Assembly: GCA_008080735.1 (NCBI GenBank)
Contig: SHMW01000043.1
Coordinates: forward strand, 1-34,409
From: Promethearchaeota archaeon
GTDB lineage: Archaea > Asgardarchaeota > Lokiarchaeia > Sigyniarchaeales > SOKP01
Length of the DNA stretch: 34,409 nt
Direction of reading: 5' to 3'
The number at the start of each line of letters is the position of its first letter. Within the stretch, counting starts at the first letter, position 1. Position numbers and translations under genes: made by a program. The notes below the pieces were generated by a model. The model did not search any database. It was not told where the DNA came from and saw nothing but the letters and a program-made list of their open reading frames with translations. Below are positions 9,677-18,919 of this stretch, piece by piece.

Positions 9677-11923
9677 ATGCCATTATTTGGAAAAGAAGAA
9701 AAGAAAGAAAAAAAGAAAGTAAAAACAATGGGCTGGGATGAAGAAGATAAAGAAGAAGCCTTGGAAGCTGAAGGTCTCAAAAGAGTGGAAATGGACGAAG
9801 GAAGAGTTGAGTTAATTGATAGAGATTCAACTACCCCAGTTATTGAAACTTATGACGAGGATACGGGAAATCTTGAAGGGCAAATCCTCTTAAAAGACGG
9901 GAATCGACAAGGGTTGCTTGCCTTAGTGAAAATAATTGAAGAAGTAAATGTTGAACAAAATCATGAAGCAGATATTGAATCAATTAAGTTTAATGGGAAA
10001 TTAAATGTTGAAAATCCGAGTAAAAACGATAGGATCTGGGATATAGACTTAAAACTGAAAAATATTGATAGCACAGACTTAGAATCAGAAGAAATAGATA
10101 TTGTTGAGTTAGGCACAGACGATGATAACAGCATAGATTCTCGAGATTTTAAATTAACTGGCGAGGTCAAAAACCAACTCATCGTCAAAGAATATATTAA
10201 TACATTACCGAATGCGGACGAAATATTAAATCCTAAAGATATTCGAAATGATTTTGAGAGAATCCAAGCAAAATCTACGGATGCTGATTCAGTCGAGACT
10301 CTTGACGATGAAGAGGAATTGATAGAAGAATTTGAAGTAGATCTGGAAGATGAAGAGGAGGATGAAGAGGAGGATGATGAAATATTCGGCAATGGTGGGA
10401 CTGATGTTGAGGAATATAGTCTTGAGTCCTATGCGATCCCTATTGATAAAGAAAATAGGGTAATGTTTGCAATAGCAATGAAGAGCTTGTTTAAAAAACC
10501 AATTAAAAAGGTCACTATTACCAAAAAAATTCCTCCTGATTTTTCGAATATCTCAATCATAGACAATACACTCGGTCGAGCCGAGAGAGACGGTGATAAA
10601 ATAGTATGGACTATTGATTCATTAAAACCTGAAAATATCGAAATCCTAAAATTTACCGCCAATGTACTTGCCAGAACTATTGATTCTAAAAAGACAGGTA
10701 AAATTGAAGCAACGTATGAAGGAACTTCATCTTTTGCAGAAGGATTAGAAGTAGATAAATTCGATGCTTATACTCGGAATAAATTCTATGTGGAAACTAT
10801 AGAACGCGATGAAGAACCCGAAGTTTGGGATTGTAAGCTTGTTTTTGAAAACACTTCTGATTTCATCTTGCATCTCTTAAATGCCGATGTCTACTCACCA
10901 GAGGATGAGGATAAAAAATTGGTTGATGTTGATCCAAAAGATGTGCCTGCTCTTCCATCTGGTGCAAAATGGTTTTCGGAACCCTGGGAATATGAAAGTG
11001 CGGAAATTCCTGAATTTCGAAAAAAGTTGGAATTTCGAGTGATGCCGGACTTTCAGACAATAGTAAACGGGACTATTGCCATCTCTGATGTTGAATTATC
11101 TGTTGCCAGTATTAAAGGTGCTGTCGTATATAGTCTTAAAGACGAATTTCCTGACAAGATACGGGAAGAGGCGTCATCAGGAGTCTCAACTGATTTGGAA
11201 GTGATCAATGTCCCAACATTTCGAAAGAAGGACGTCTTTGCTTCCCTATCTATCCACAATAACGGATCTGCTCCTTTAAATAAGATAACCATTTCTCAAA
11301 GTCGATTCACTGATGAGTTCCAACCACCAGAGAGTGATGAAGTAAAAGTCCTTTGGGATGATGATGAAATCGATATCTCACCAGATGCTATTTCTGTGCG
11401 TAATGATGTATTAGAGATTTCATTTGAAGATCTCAGAGACGCAAATACGGGGATGTTTGAGCCAGATTCTGTCCTTGAGATCCAATATCCGATTCATTGT
11501 GTAAAACCAACCAAAGATGCTCGATTTGAGTCAGATATCACTTATCGTGCAAACACATACCCTCTCAGTCAAGAACTAGAATTTATGCCCGATGTTCCAG
11601 TTATTGAAGCGCTCCATCTCAGGCGTAAGTTCCGGATCGGAAAAGAAGTGATTCCTGTGGGTGGTTTGGGAGATTATAAAATAATTCTCACTGTTGAAAA
11701 CATCGGAGAGATGACACTAGAAAGTCTGGTTCTTATGGATAAAGTTCCCGATTCCTTTGAATATGGAGATTATTCGATGGAACCTGAAATCACCGATGAA
11801 GTTGGTGAAGATACTCTCAAATGGACCATTGATACATTAGAGTCAGGAGAGAAGCTTGAAGTCTCGTATGAAATATCTGGGAAGGGCGAATACCATCCAA
11901 GTGAAGCTCAGCTCGCATTATAA
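9677..11923 (+). CDS. Acidic cytoplasmic beta-sandwich protein: mu-homology-domain-like region followed by Ig/DUF11-like domains
   Basis: LVKIIEEVNVEQNHEADIESIKFNGKLNVEN and KVTITKKIP...IVWTIDSL...ILKF...KIEATY...EGLEV resemble delta-COP/mu-adaptin MHD strands. C-terminal YKIILTVENIGE...DKVPDSF...LKWTIDTLESGEKLEVSY is DUF11-like. No signal peptide; poly-acidic insert. Confidence 0.6.
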   Translation: MPLFGKEEKKEKKKVKTMGWDEEDKEEALEAEGLKRVEMDEGRVELIDRDSTTPVIETYDEDTGNLEGQILLKDGNRQGLLALVKIIEEVNVEQNHEADIESIKFNGKLNVENPSKNDRIWDIDLKLKNIDSTDLESEEIDIVELGTDDDNSIDSRDFKLTGEVKNQLIVKEYINTLPNADEILNPKDIRNDFERIQAKSTDADSVETLDDEEELIEEFEVDLEDEEEDEEEDDEIFGNGGTDVEEYSLESYAIPIDKENRVMFAIAMKSLFKKPIKKVTITKKIPPDFSNISIIDNTLGRAERDGDKIVWTIDSLKPENIEILKFTANVLARTIDSKKTGKIEATYEGTSSFAEGLEVDKFDAYTRNKFYVETIERDEEPEVWDCKLVFENTSDFILHLLNADVYSPEDEDKKLVDVDPKDVPALPSGAKWFSEPWEYESAEIPEFRKKLEFRVMPDFQTIVNGTIAISDVELSVASIKGAVVYSLKDEFPDKIREEASSGVSTDLEVINVPTFRKKDVFASLSIHNNGSAPLNKITISQSRFTDEFQPPESDEVKVLWDDDEIDISPDAISVRNDVLEISFEDLRDANTGMFEPDSVLEIQYPIHCVKPTKDARFESDITYRANTYPLSQELEFMPDVPVIEALHLRRKFRIGKEVIPVGGLGDYKIILTVENIGEMTLESLVLMDKVPDSFEYGDYSMEPEITDEVGEDTLKWTIDTLESGEKLEVSYEISGKGEYHPSEAQLAL

Positions 11924-11925
11924 TC

Positions 11926-11962
11926 TTAATTTATATCTTTTTATTTTTTATTAAAATTTTTC
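11926..11962 (+). terminator. Putative archaeal oligo-T terminator region
   Basis: T-runs (tctttttatttttta...tttttc) right after the stop at 11923. Confidence 0.35.
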
Positions 11963-12059
11963 AAAAATTTCTAAATATAACCATATCTTCTATAAGAGTT
12001 AGAAAGAATCTCAATAATTTTGATTAGAAAAAAATAAATTTCACTCCTCCCATCTCTTT

Positions 12060-13685
12060 ATGATAAAGAAAAGCTATGAACTCAAATGGACTTATGATGC
12101 TCCCGAAGCGATTTTAGCTTGTGATATAATTACCTGCCATGACAAAATATATCTTGTTTTTGGGGGACATGATCGACACCTATATATCATGAATGAAAAT
12201 AAAGAAATCATTAATTCCATGAGATTTGACGGCTGGCTTCGTTGTATCTATACAGCTGATATTGACGGAGATGGATGTGAAGAGATTCTCGCAGGAACGG
12301 GTGATGGAAATTTCCTTGTCGTAAAATATATAGAAGAAGATGCGAAAATGATTGGAGTGAAGCATTATATCACTGATGGAAAAATTCTATGCTGCACTGC
12401 TGGAGATATTACCCGAAATGGAGAATATGAACTAATTTTTGGTGGAGATAATAATAAGTTAGTTATTTTTGCTAATTTTGCCCGTGACTCTCCTCAATTC
12501 GTTCAATACTATGAATCTTGGGTGACTTCATGTACCATAGGTGTTTTGAATCCTAAATTAATAAAATCTGCTATTTTGGGTTTAGTTATAGGTACTAAAA
12601 ATGGATTATTACAGCTTATTCATATCGAAGATCAAAATCTAAAAATCTTATGGCATAGAGATTTAGACAGTAAGATAAATGATCTTTCCATAGCTGATAT
12701 TAACCATGATGGAACAAACGAAATAATAACTTGTTCTGATGATTCGAATATACGCGTTTTTAATAGTGAGGGAGTTTTATTAACTTGTCTGCATATATCT
12801 GAATCAAGACCTCTCAGCTTACTAATTGATGATATTGATGGAGATAATGCAAACGAGCTACTAATAGGGTGTGCAGATGGGAGTTTATTTGTATATCAGA
12901 ATAATCAATTAGATTCTCTGGATTTTAATCTAAAATGGTCTACAAAAATAAAATCTTCTATAGAGGATATCGCAATCATCGCAAAAAATGATCAAAGTAT
13001 TAAACAAATCATATTTGGAGGATATGATAGAACGATTCGAAATGTGGTCGATTATGAATGGGGAAAAAAGAAAAAATTAGAAATTTCCAAGCAGATTGAA
13101 CTGCAAAATGTAAGGGTTAAAGAAGAAAAGGAAGCTTTTAATAGCATCCCAACTAATTTGGAAGAATTTACACAGAATCTTTTAAAAGAAAGAATATACA
13201 TTGATCTCAATACACTTATCGCAGATTTGAAAGAGATCGGTTATAATATGAATATGATTGAAGAAAATCTCGGTGTTCTTAAAGAGGAGGGTCAATTAGT
13301 GACAAAAGAAGAAGAATTGAACGTTTGGCGTTATATTCAAAAGCCAAATGCGAGAGATATTGTAGAGGAGACAACTAAGGAAGACTCTGAGATTAAAATT
13401 AAAAATAAAATAATTAAAAAATCAGAAAGTGATCAAAAAACTGTCGCGCCTCTTAAAAAACTAATATTTGAAACACTGAAGCAAAAGGGTCCTGTTAATT
13501 CAAAAGCAAGCTTAATTGATCTGGTAGCTCAAAAAGGCTTTTCTAAGACAGAAATCCAGTCAGAACTCGATATGTTAAATAATAAAAACCTCATTACTTA
13601 TTCACGTTCCAAACCAAGGGGTTGGATCCTGAATATGAATAAACAAATAAAACAAGAATTAGATGAGAAAAAAGAACCGCGTTAA
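12060..13685 (+). CDS. FG-GAP/WD-type beta-propeller protein (BBS2/ITFG2-like blades) with C-terminal winged-helix-like repeats
   Basis: ADIDGDGCEEILAG, GDITRNGEYELIFG, ADINHDGTNEIITCSDDSNIRVF, DDIDGDNANELLIG repeats. C-terminal LIADLKEIGY...L and LIDLVAQKGF...LITYSRSKPRGW repeats. Confidence 0.8.
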   Translation: MIKKSYELKWTYDAPEAILACDIITCHDKIYLVFGGHDRHLYIMNENKEIINSMRFDGWLRCIYTADIDGDGCEEILAGTGDGNFLVVKYIEEDAKMIGVKHYITDGKILCCTAGDITRNGEYELIFGGDNNKLVIFANFARDSPQFVQYYESWVTSCTIGVLNPKLIKSAILGLVIGTKNGLLQLIHIEDQNLKILWHRDLDSKINDLSIADINHDGTNEIITCSDDSNIRVFNSEGVLLTCLHISESRPLSLLIDDIDGDNANELLIGCADGSLFVYQNNQLDSLDFNLKWSTKIKSSIEDIAIIAKNDQSIKQIIFGGYDRTIRNVVDYEWGKKKKLEISKQIELQNVRVKEEKEAFNSIPTNLEEFTQNLLKERIYIDLNTLIADLKEIGYNMNMIEENLGVLKEEGQLVTKEEELNVWRYIQKPNARDIVEETTKEDSEIKIKNKIIKKSESDQKTVAPLKKLIFETLKQKGPVNSKASLIDLVAQKGFSKTEIQSELDMLNNKNLITYSRSKPRGWILNMNKQIKQELDEKKEPR

Positions 13686-13701
13686 GAGAAAGAAAAGATA
13701 A

Positions 13702-13891
13702 TTGAAAAAGATAATATATCACTATTGAAAAAAAGAAATCTTTTCAAACAAAACCAGAAATAGTAGATGCAATTGCCTCATTGGGTTATAAAAGAGCCTT
13801 TATACAAGATATTATTGAGGATCTTAATGAATGTGGAATAATTGAGTACTCTCGATCTAAGCTTAAAGGATGGAGACTTTTGTCAGCATAA
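13702..13891 (+). pseudogene. Out-of-frame additional winged-helix repeat of the upstream beta-propeller gene
   Basis: KSFQTKPEIVDAIASLGYKRAFIQDIIEDLNECGIIEYSRSKLKGWRLLSA* matches SKASLIDLVAQKGFSKTEIQSELDMLNNKNLITYSRSKPRGW. It lies after the TAA at 13683-13685 in a shifted frame with no good start of its own. Confidence 0.75.
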
Positions 13892-13980
13892 GGTGATTAT
13901 TTTATTCTCGCATAAAAAATAGAAATACTTAAATATTTTTGCAGAAAAGTAGAGATATCAAATTTAAAATTAAAAAATAC

Positions 13981-14904
13981 ATGTCAGAAAATTTAATCAA
14001 TCTCTTACTAGGATTAATGGATGGAAGAGTCATTCATTTTATACTTCCAAATGAAACAAGCAAACCGACCATCAAAGAATTAACTCCAAAAACGAATAAT
14101 ATCAACACCTCCGCATTACGAATTATTAAGGCGGCAGATTTCTATTGCATCCCTTCAGAAAATGGAAGTGTAAATATTTGGACGAGCAACGGAGAGCAGC
14201 TCCAAAAATATAAAGTTTTAGAATTAAAGGACAAAGATGAATATCGTGGCCATTGGGAAGTACTTTCTATTGCTGCTGACGAAAATTATCTCTATACAGG
14301 TGGTCCAAAAGGATTAATTGAACTATGGGATATCCATAACGAGTTTGAAAAAGTAGATGAGTTTTCAGTCAATAATAATCCTATTCGTGGACTTTTTGTA
14401 AATGATCACATGGTTTTTTTCGGAGCTGGAGAAGCAAATTTTAAGGTTTTAGCCAAGAAGGAAAGAGATGAAATCTATGATGAATCATTTCCTTGGGCTA
14501 AATATAGAATTCACAATATGATTATGAATGAGAATTTTTTCTGTATAGCCTTAACAGGTCGTGTTTTCAGTTATACTTATAATAATCAAAACCTTAAAGT
14601 TGAAAAGCATGCAGCATTTGCGAATACACATAATAAAGTAAAAGGGATGTGTATGTACCACAATTTATGTTATTCGGCAGCTTGGGACGGTAAATTATTG
14701 GCTTGGAATATCCTCAGTAAAAATCCGAATCCAATATTAGGTGTACAGATGGGGTCTCTCGAATCGGTATATGTTGACGATAATTTCTTATACGCAGGGG
14801 GTCATCATGGGGAATTTGTGATTCTGGAGAAAGGAAAAAAGGTACAAGTTAAAGATCGTCACGCATTTGGTAGTCCTATCAAAACCATTAGGCCATATAG
14901 CTAA
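13981..14904 (+). CDS. WD40-repeat beta-propeller protein
   Basis: GHWEVLSIAADENYLYTGGPKGLIELWD, HNKVKGM...YSAAWDGKLLAWN, ENGSVNIW. ATG at 13981 preferred over TTG at 13939. Confidence 0.85.
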   Translation: MSENLINLLLGLMDGRVIHFILPNETSKPTIKELTPKTNNINTSALRIIKAADFYCIPSENGSVNIWTSNGEQLQKYKVLELKDKDEYRGHWEVLSIAADENYLYTGGPKGLIELWDIHNEFEKVDEFSVNNNPIRGLFVNDHMVFFGAGEANFKVLAKKERDEIYDESFPWAKYRIHNMIMNENFFCIALTGRVFSYTYNNQNLKVEKHAAFANTHNKVKGMCMYHNLCYSAAWDGKLLAWNILSKNPNPILGVQMGSLESVYVDDNFLYAGGHHGEFVILEKGKKVQVKDRHAFGSPIKTIRPYS

Positions 14905-14944
14905 ATTTAAAATGGGATAAAAAATAGAAACTAAATTTTTAAAT

Positions 14945-15379
14945 CTAATCAAAAAATTTTTTTAATTCCTCTTCAAATGATTCAAACTTGTTCAATTCCG
15001 TAAAATCTGCCCCTTGGTATGTAGTAATAAAAAACTGTATTATAGGTTCGATTTTTTCTAAAAACTTTTGGACATATTTATCTGGATTACGTTGAGATTC
15101 CATTAAACCATACATGATAATCGGTTCTTTTTTATTGCTATTGTTATCTCCCGCTCTGATTTCATCGATTTTAAATGTGAACAGCAGATCCTTCATTTCT
15201 AAATATTCTAACGACGTATTTATAAATGCTTTCTGGGCGAATGTATTAATTGCTGAAATAAAGGCTCCTCGTAAATCCTCGTCAGTTTCTTTTTCATTAG
15301 ATTTAGGTAATTGTCTAAATTTATGCTTAACTAAGACAAAACCCCGAAAGACAAAACCTGCTTCATATAAGTCCTTCAT
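14945..15379 (-). CDS. Longin-domain protein (stand-alone)
   Basis: Two N-terminal strands (LYEAGFVFRGFVLV), helix DEDLRGAFISAINTFAQK, three strands, then helices KFLEKIEPIIQFFITTY and FESFEEELKKF. This is the longin topology and the typical Asgard 'DxxL.gaFisAIn.Fa' helix. Confidence 0.75.
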   Translation of the reverse strand: MKDLYEAGFVFRGFVLVKHKFRQLPKSNEKETDEDLRGAFISAINTFAQKAFINTSLEYLEMKDLLFTFKIDEIRAGDNNSNKKEPIIMYGLMESQRNPDKYVQKFLEKIEPIIQFFITTYQGADFTELNKFESFEEELKKFFD

Positions 15380-15534
15380 AGCTAAAAACTACATCAAAAT
15401 TTTATTACTGAATTAACGCAAATTATATGCTTACAATAACAATATTATTCCAAATATTTAATTTTATAACTTTCATTTAAAAGCATTTTTTCCTTATCCT
15501 AGATAAGTTCTAAAGAATCTCAGAGGTTCGAAAA

Positions 15535-15732
15535 GTGGGAAAAATATGTAAATGGTATTATTGTTGTCCCATTAAATTTTTTACCGATCAAGGTAAATTA
15601 GATAAGAAATGGGTTGAGAATTATTGTTTAGTGGGAAATAAGGAGTGCGTGCGATACCAGATGGAAGAAAATGGTACCCCCCATCCCGACAACATGCTTC
15701 CCAGCGGAGAGATCAAGGAGGATCTAAAATGA
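15535..15732 (+). CDS. Small Cys-rich putative metal-binding protein (65 aa)
   Basis: GTG start preceded by GAGGT; CKWYYCCP...YC...CVRY...PDNMLPSG pattern. Confidence 0.75.
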   Translation: MGKICKWYYCCPIKFFTDQGKLDKKWVENYCLVGNKECVRYQMEENGTPHPDNMLPSGEIKEDLK

Positions 15733-16407
15733 GATGGTGTCTCCCACACAAATCTGTTTATAATGATTAGGAAACCGTTTTTTTATTGCTTGTATATGAG
15801 AGGTACAATGACATGCTCCTATTATCTCTATTCCCTCAAGATATGAATATTTTCGAAATCCATGAAAACCACCAATAATCCCTTTCAAATTACCCATCGT
15901 ACGTGCTTTTATGATAAATTTTTCAAGTCCTGGATGGGTACATCCAACTATCAAAAAAATTTCTTGGCTCCGATTTTTCAAATACAATGCCTCTTCTTTT
16001 ATTGAGCTCCCAATTTGTCCAGAAGTTATCATATTCTTCTCAATTTCTTCGGCTTGTTCTACACCTATAATTTCTTGCTGGGAAAATTTTCTCTGAAAGG
16101 AGGCTTGGGTTTCTTTGGGTACATATATTTTTATGTTGGGATTATGCCTGACTACCTCGCTAAGACCACCGCTATGGTCAAAATGGGAATGTGAAATGAC
16201 AACATTTTTAATTTGATTGAGATTCACCTCAAATTGGCGAATGTTATGTATTAATACATTACCGTCTCCGCCCGTGTCAAATAAAGAATAGTTATTTGTA
16301 TATGGATTACGAATTAAGGCAGAAAAACCAAATCCCGTTAAAAACCCATTTCTTACACACCTATTATCAAAGACAATATGTATTTTAAACTTAGGTTCAG
16401 TATTCAT
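15724..16407 (-). CDS. Metallo-beta-lactamase-fold hydrolase (archaeal DHPS-like MBL subfamily)
   Basis: GFSALI, LFDTG, SHSHFDHSGG (HxHxDH), GCTHPG, IGGFH, CHCT. Confidence 0.9.
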   Translation of the reverse strand: MNTEPKFKIHIVFDNRCVRNGFLTGFGFSALIRNPYTNNYSLFDTGGDGNVLIHNIRQFEVNLNQIKNVVISHSHFDHSGGLSEVVRHNPNIKIYVPKETQASFQRKFSQQEIIGVEQAEEIEKNMITSGQIGSSIKEEALYLKNRSQEIFLIVGCTHPGLEKFIIKARTMGNLKGIIGGFHGFRKYSYLEGIEIIGACHCTSHIQAIKKRFPNHYKQICVGDTISF

Positions 16408-16517
16408 TTTTTTAAAGAAAAGAATGGGGTTAGACTAATTTTGTTACTAAAGAATAATCATTCATAATTCTTTAATATATCAGATCTAACCAATGGTGAT
16501 AATTCTATAAGAAGGAT

Positions 16518-17209
16518 TTAAAAATGTAAAACATCCCCCACAAATAACGTTTTACTGTGTTCCGGAAATCTGCTCATGAAGTCTTCCTTATATTGAGTAC
16601 AATGGCATGGATAAATACTATCAATGTGTTCTAGTGCCCAGAATTTCCTAAACCCATGGAACCCTCCCACAATTGCTTTCAAGTTTTGTGAATATTTATG
16701 AGCATAGTCTATAATATCATCCAACCCTGGATGAGCACATCCCGTTAATAAAATTACCTCGTCATACGCAGTATGTAAAATTACCGATTGTTCCTTAATA
16801 TACGTTCCCATCTGTCCAGTGGAATAAATCCTCTTATCGATCTCGATTGAACTTCAACCCCAATCACCTCAGCTTTCTGAAACTTTCGGTTATAGGTAAT
16901 ATAATTCTCTCTTGGAACATAAATCTCGATAGAAGGATTCATCTCGTAGATTTTATCAAGTCCAATTATCTGTTCAGGATGGTTGTGAGAGATAATCACT
17001 TTATCTAAATCACTTACATCTAAACCCGCTATTTTGAAATTTTCCATTAAGGTATCTCCATCAGCTCCAGCATCGAATAAGAGATATTTATCACTTAACA
17101 AATTATAAATAAATACAGAAAAACCGAAACCACCTTTGAACTCGCTACCCTCTTTAATAGAATTATCAAATATAACTTGCAATTCAAACGACGAATTGGA
17201 TCCCACCAT
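16518..17209 (-). pseudogene. Frameshifted tandem paralog of the MBL-fold hydrolase
   Basis: N-half (16781..17209) and C-half (16518..16811) align to the neighbour. A 1-nt deficit lies within 16845-16852 (GVE..EIDKRIYSTGQMG vs GVEQAEEIEKNMITSGQIG). The metal motif is altered to SHNHPEQ. Confidence 0.8.
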
Positions 17210-17431
17210 GACATTTTACATTTATGTAAATCAGCATTTAAATCTATTTGTCTGCTCAAATGACACTTTATTTATATTAATACTTTTTTGATTGTTTTAC
17301 AATTAGTTTGAGAAAAGAATATATTGAGTGGATTTCTCTAATTTTTCTCTACACTGTTAATAGAATTGAATGGTGCTATAATATTTGAGTTCATAATTAA
17401 TAGGAAAGAAAGAAAAGAAGAACGAGTGAAT

Positions 17432-18226
17432 TCACTTCTTCTCCAGGGTGATAGCATTATTAGGACAGTTAGAAACGCATATACCGCACCCGAAGCAGAA
17501 ATCAGGTTCAAATTTTAGTTTGTCTTTCTTAATTACTCTCGCACCAAAATGGCACCATCCTTCACATATTCCACAATTCTTACAGTTAGAAAAATCTGTT
17601 TTGGCAATAAAATTGCTTTTAATCATTTGTGGAGAACCCGATTTAAGGAAATTATTTAAAACCACGCAGCAGCAAGGGCAACAATTACAAATTACATAAT
17701 AAAACTCGGGATTTGGAAAATAGATTAGTTGATGAACGAGCCCCCGCTTATCACATTCTTCCAATATCTTGGCAACCTCTTCTTTTTTAACGCGTTTTAA
17801 GTTTTTTGATTTAAAAGGAATTTCTCTAAGAGACTTGCCAAATCCCACATGAATACAAGTATAAATTGGATGATCGCAGTTAGGTTTATCCAAAGCTCTT
17901 TGAATCGTTCGGCAATAGCAATACGATACGCCTGTGATATTAGAGCGGCTGATAATTTCCATAATTTCTTCAGTCGGACTAAATTGAGCACTTATCTGAA
18001 TGTTTTTATTTAAAGGCACGACTCTCCCACCCCATCGTCCTCGCAATAAAGATTTACTAAGTATTTCCATAGTATGAAAATTGAACCTTTGATCAATCCT
18101 TCTAAAAAATTCCAAAATGGGCAATTCTAATAATCCGAATATAGAAGCTGATAATTTGCCAAGCAATGGAAACCGTCTTAGTAGCTTATCTATAAACCGT
18201 CCTAAACTTCTCTTTTTCGAGATCAT
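17432..18226 (-). CDS. 4Fe-4S dicluster-domain protein
   Basis: CYCR...C..C, ICNCCPCCC, and ferredoxin motifs CKNCGICEGWC and CFGCGICVSNCP. Confidence 0.9.
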   Translation of the reverse strand: MISKKRSLGRFIDKLLRRFPLLGKLSASIFGLLELPILEFFRRIDQRFNFHTMEILSKSLLRGRWGGRVVPLNKNIQISAQFSPTEEIMEIISRSNITGVSYCYCRTIQRALDKPNCDHPIYTCIHVGFGKSLREIPFKSKNLKRVKKEEVAKILEECDKRGLVHQLIYFPNPEFYYVICNCCPCCCVVLNNFLKSGSPQMIKSNFIAKTDFSNCKNCGICEGWCHFGARVIKKDKLKFEPDFCFGCGICVSNCPNNAITLEKK

Positions 18227-18322
18227 GTGGAAATTAAATACTTATTAAGTGCCTTGAACATATTAGTATTAAAAAGAACTAATAATTTCTCTTTCCTTAC
18301 AAAAAACAATATTGTGATAGGT

Positions 18323-18835
18323 ATGACAAACGCTAAAGAAGATATCCTACTTAAAGCGGAAGAATTAGGAAAAAAATATGAGCAGACTTGCACAGGATGT
18401 GCCCAAACCGCGATAGCTGCGATATTTGAAGCCTTAGGGATATGGAATGGGGATGTTTTCAAATCAGCAAGCGGATTGGCTGACGGGCTGGGGTTAACCG
18501 GTGATGGATCCTGTGGAGCATTGGTGGGCGCTTCGATGGTGATTGGCTATCTTTTTGGACGGGAAAAACAAGATTTTAAGGATATGTATAAACCAATGAA
18601 ATCCTATAAACTGGTGAAAGAACTCCATGAAAATTATGTTGCTAATTATGGTACATGCCGCTGCCATGATGTTCAAAAAGCAACGATGGGGAGGAGTTTT
18701 GATTTATGGGCTTCAGATGGAATGAAAGAAGCAATTAAATCAGGAATGCTTCAAAATTGTTCTGCAATCGTGGGAGATGTTGCGAAGATGGCTACGGAAA
18801 TTATCCTTGAAAATGGATTTACTTTGCGGGAATAG
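18323..18835 (+). CDS. C-GCAxxG-C-C family putative redox protein
   Basis: GCAQT, GLADGLG..SCGALVG, GTCRC, terminal C. Probable start is the ATG at 18323 (after GTGATAGGT), not 18227. Confidence 0.85.
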   Translation: MTNAKEDILLKAEELGKKYEQTCTGCAQTAIAAIFEALGIWNGDVFKSASGLADGLGLTGDGSCGALVGASMVIGYLFGREKQDFKDMYKPMKSYKLVKELHENYVANYGTCRCHDVQKATMGRSFDLWASDGMKEAIKSGMLQNCSAIVGDVAKMATEIILENGFTLRE

Positions 18836-18919
18836 GAATATCAACTTAAAATAATTCGAGATGCAACCTATTTTCAATACTCCCTGAAATTATTAGAAAT
18901 TAGAGGTTAAGATAATATT

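Noticed and set aside
9961-10392. Ser-rich antisense ORF and the other short antisense/overlapping ORFs (e.g. 6550..6807, 7483..7821, 15114..15416, 20672..21112, 25950..26198, 31258..31563)
   Set aside because: They are shadows of well-supported genes on the opposite strand or in another frame, with no motifs of their own.
16845-16852. A third intron at the MBL frameshift
   Set aside because: Alignment to the paralog shows one base missing rather than extra sequence, and there is no BHB-like fold.
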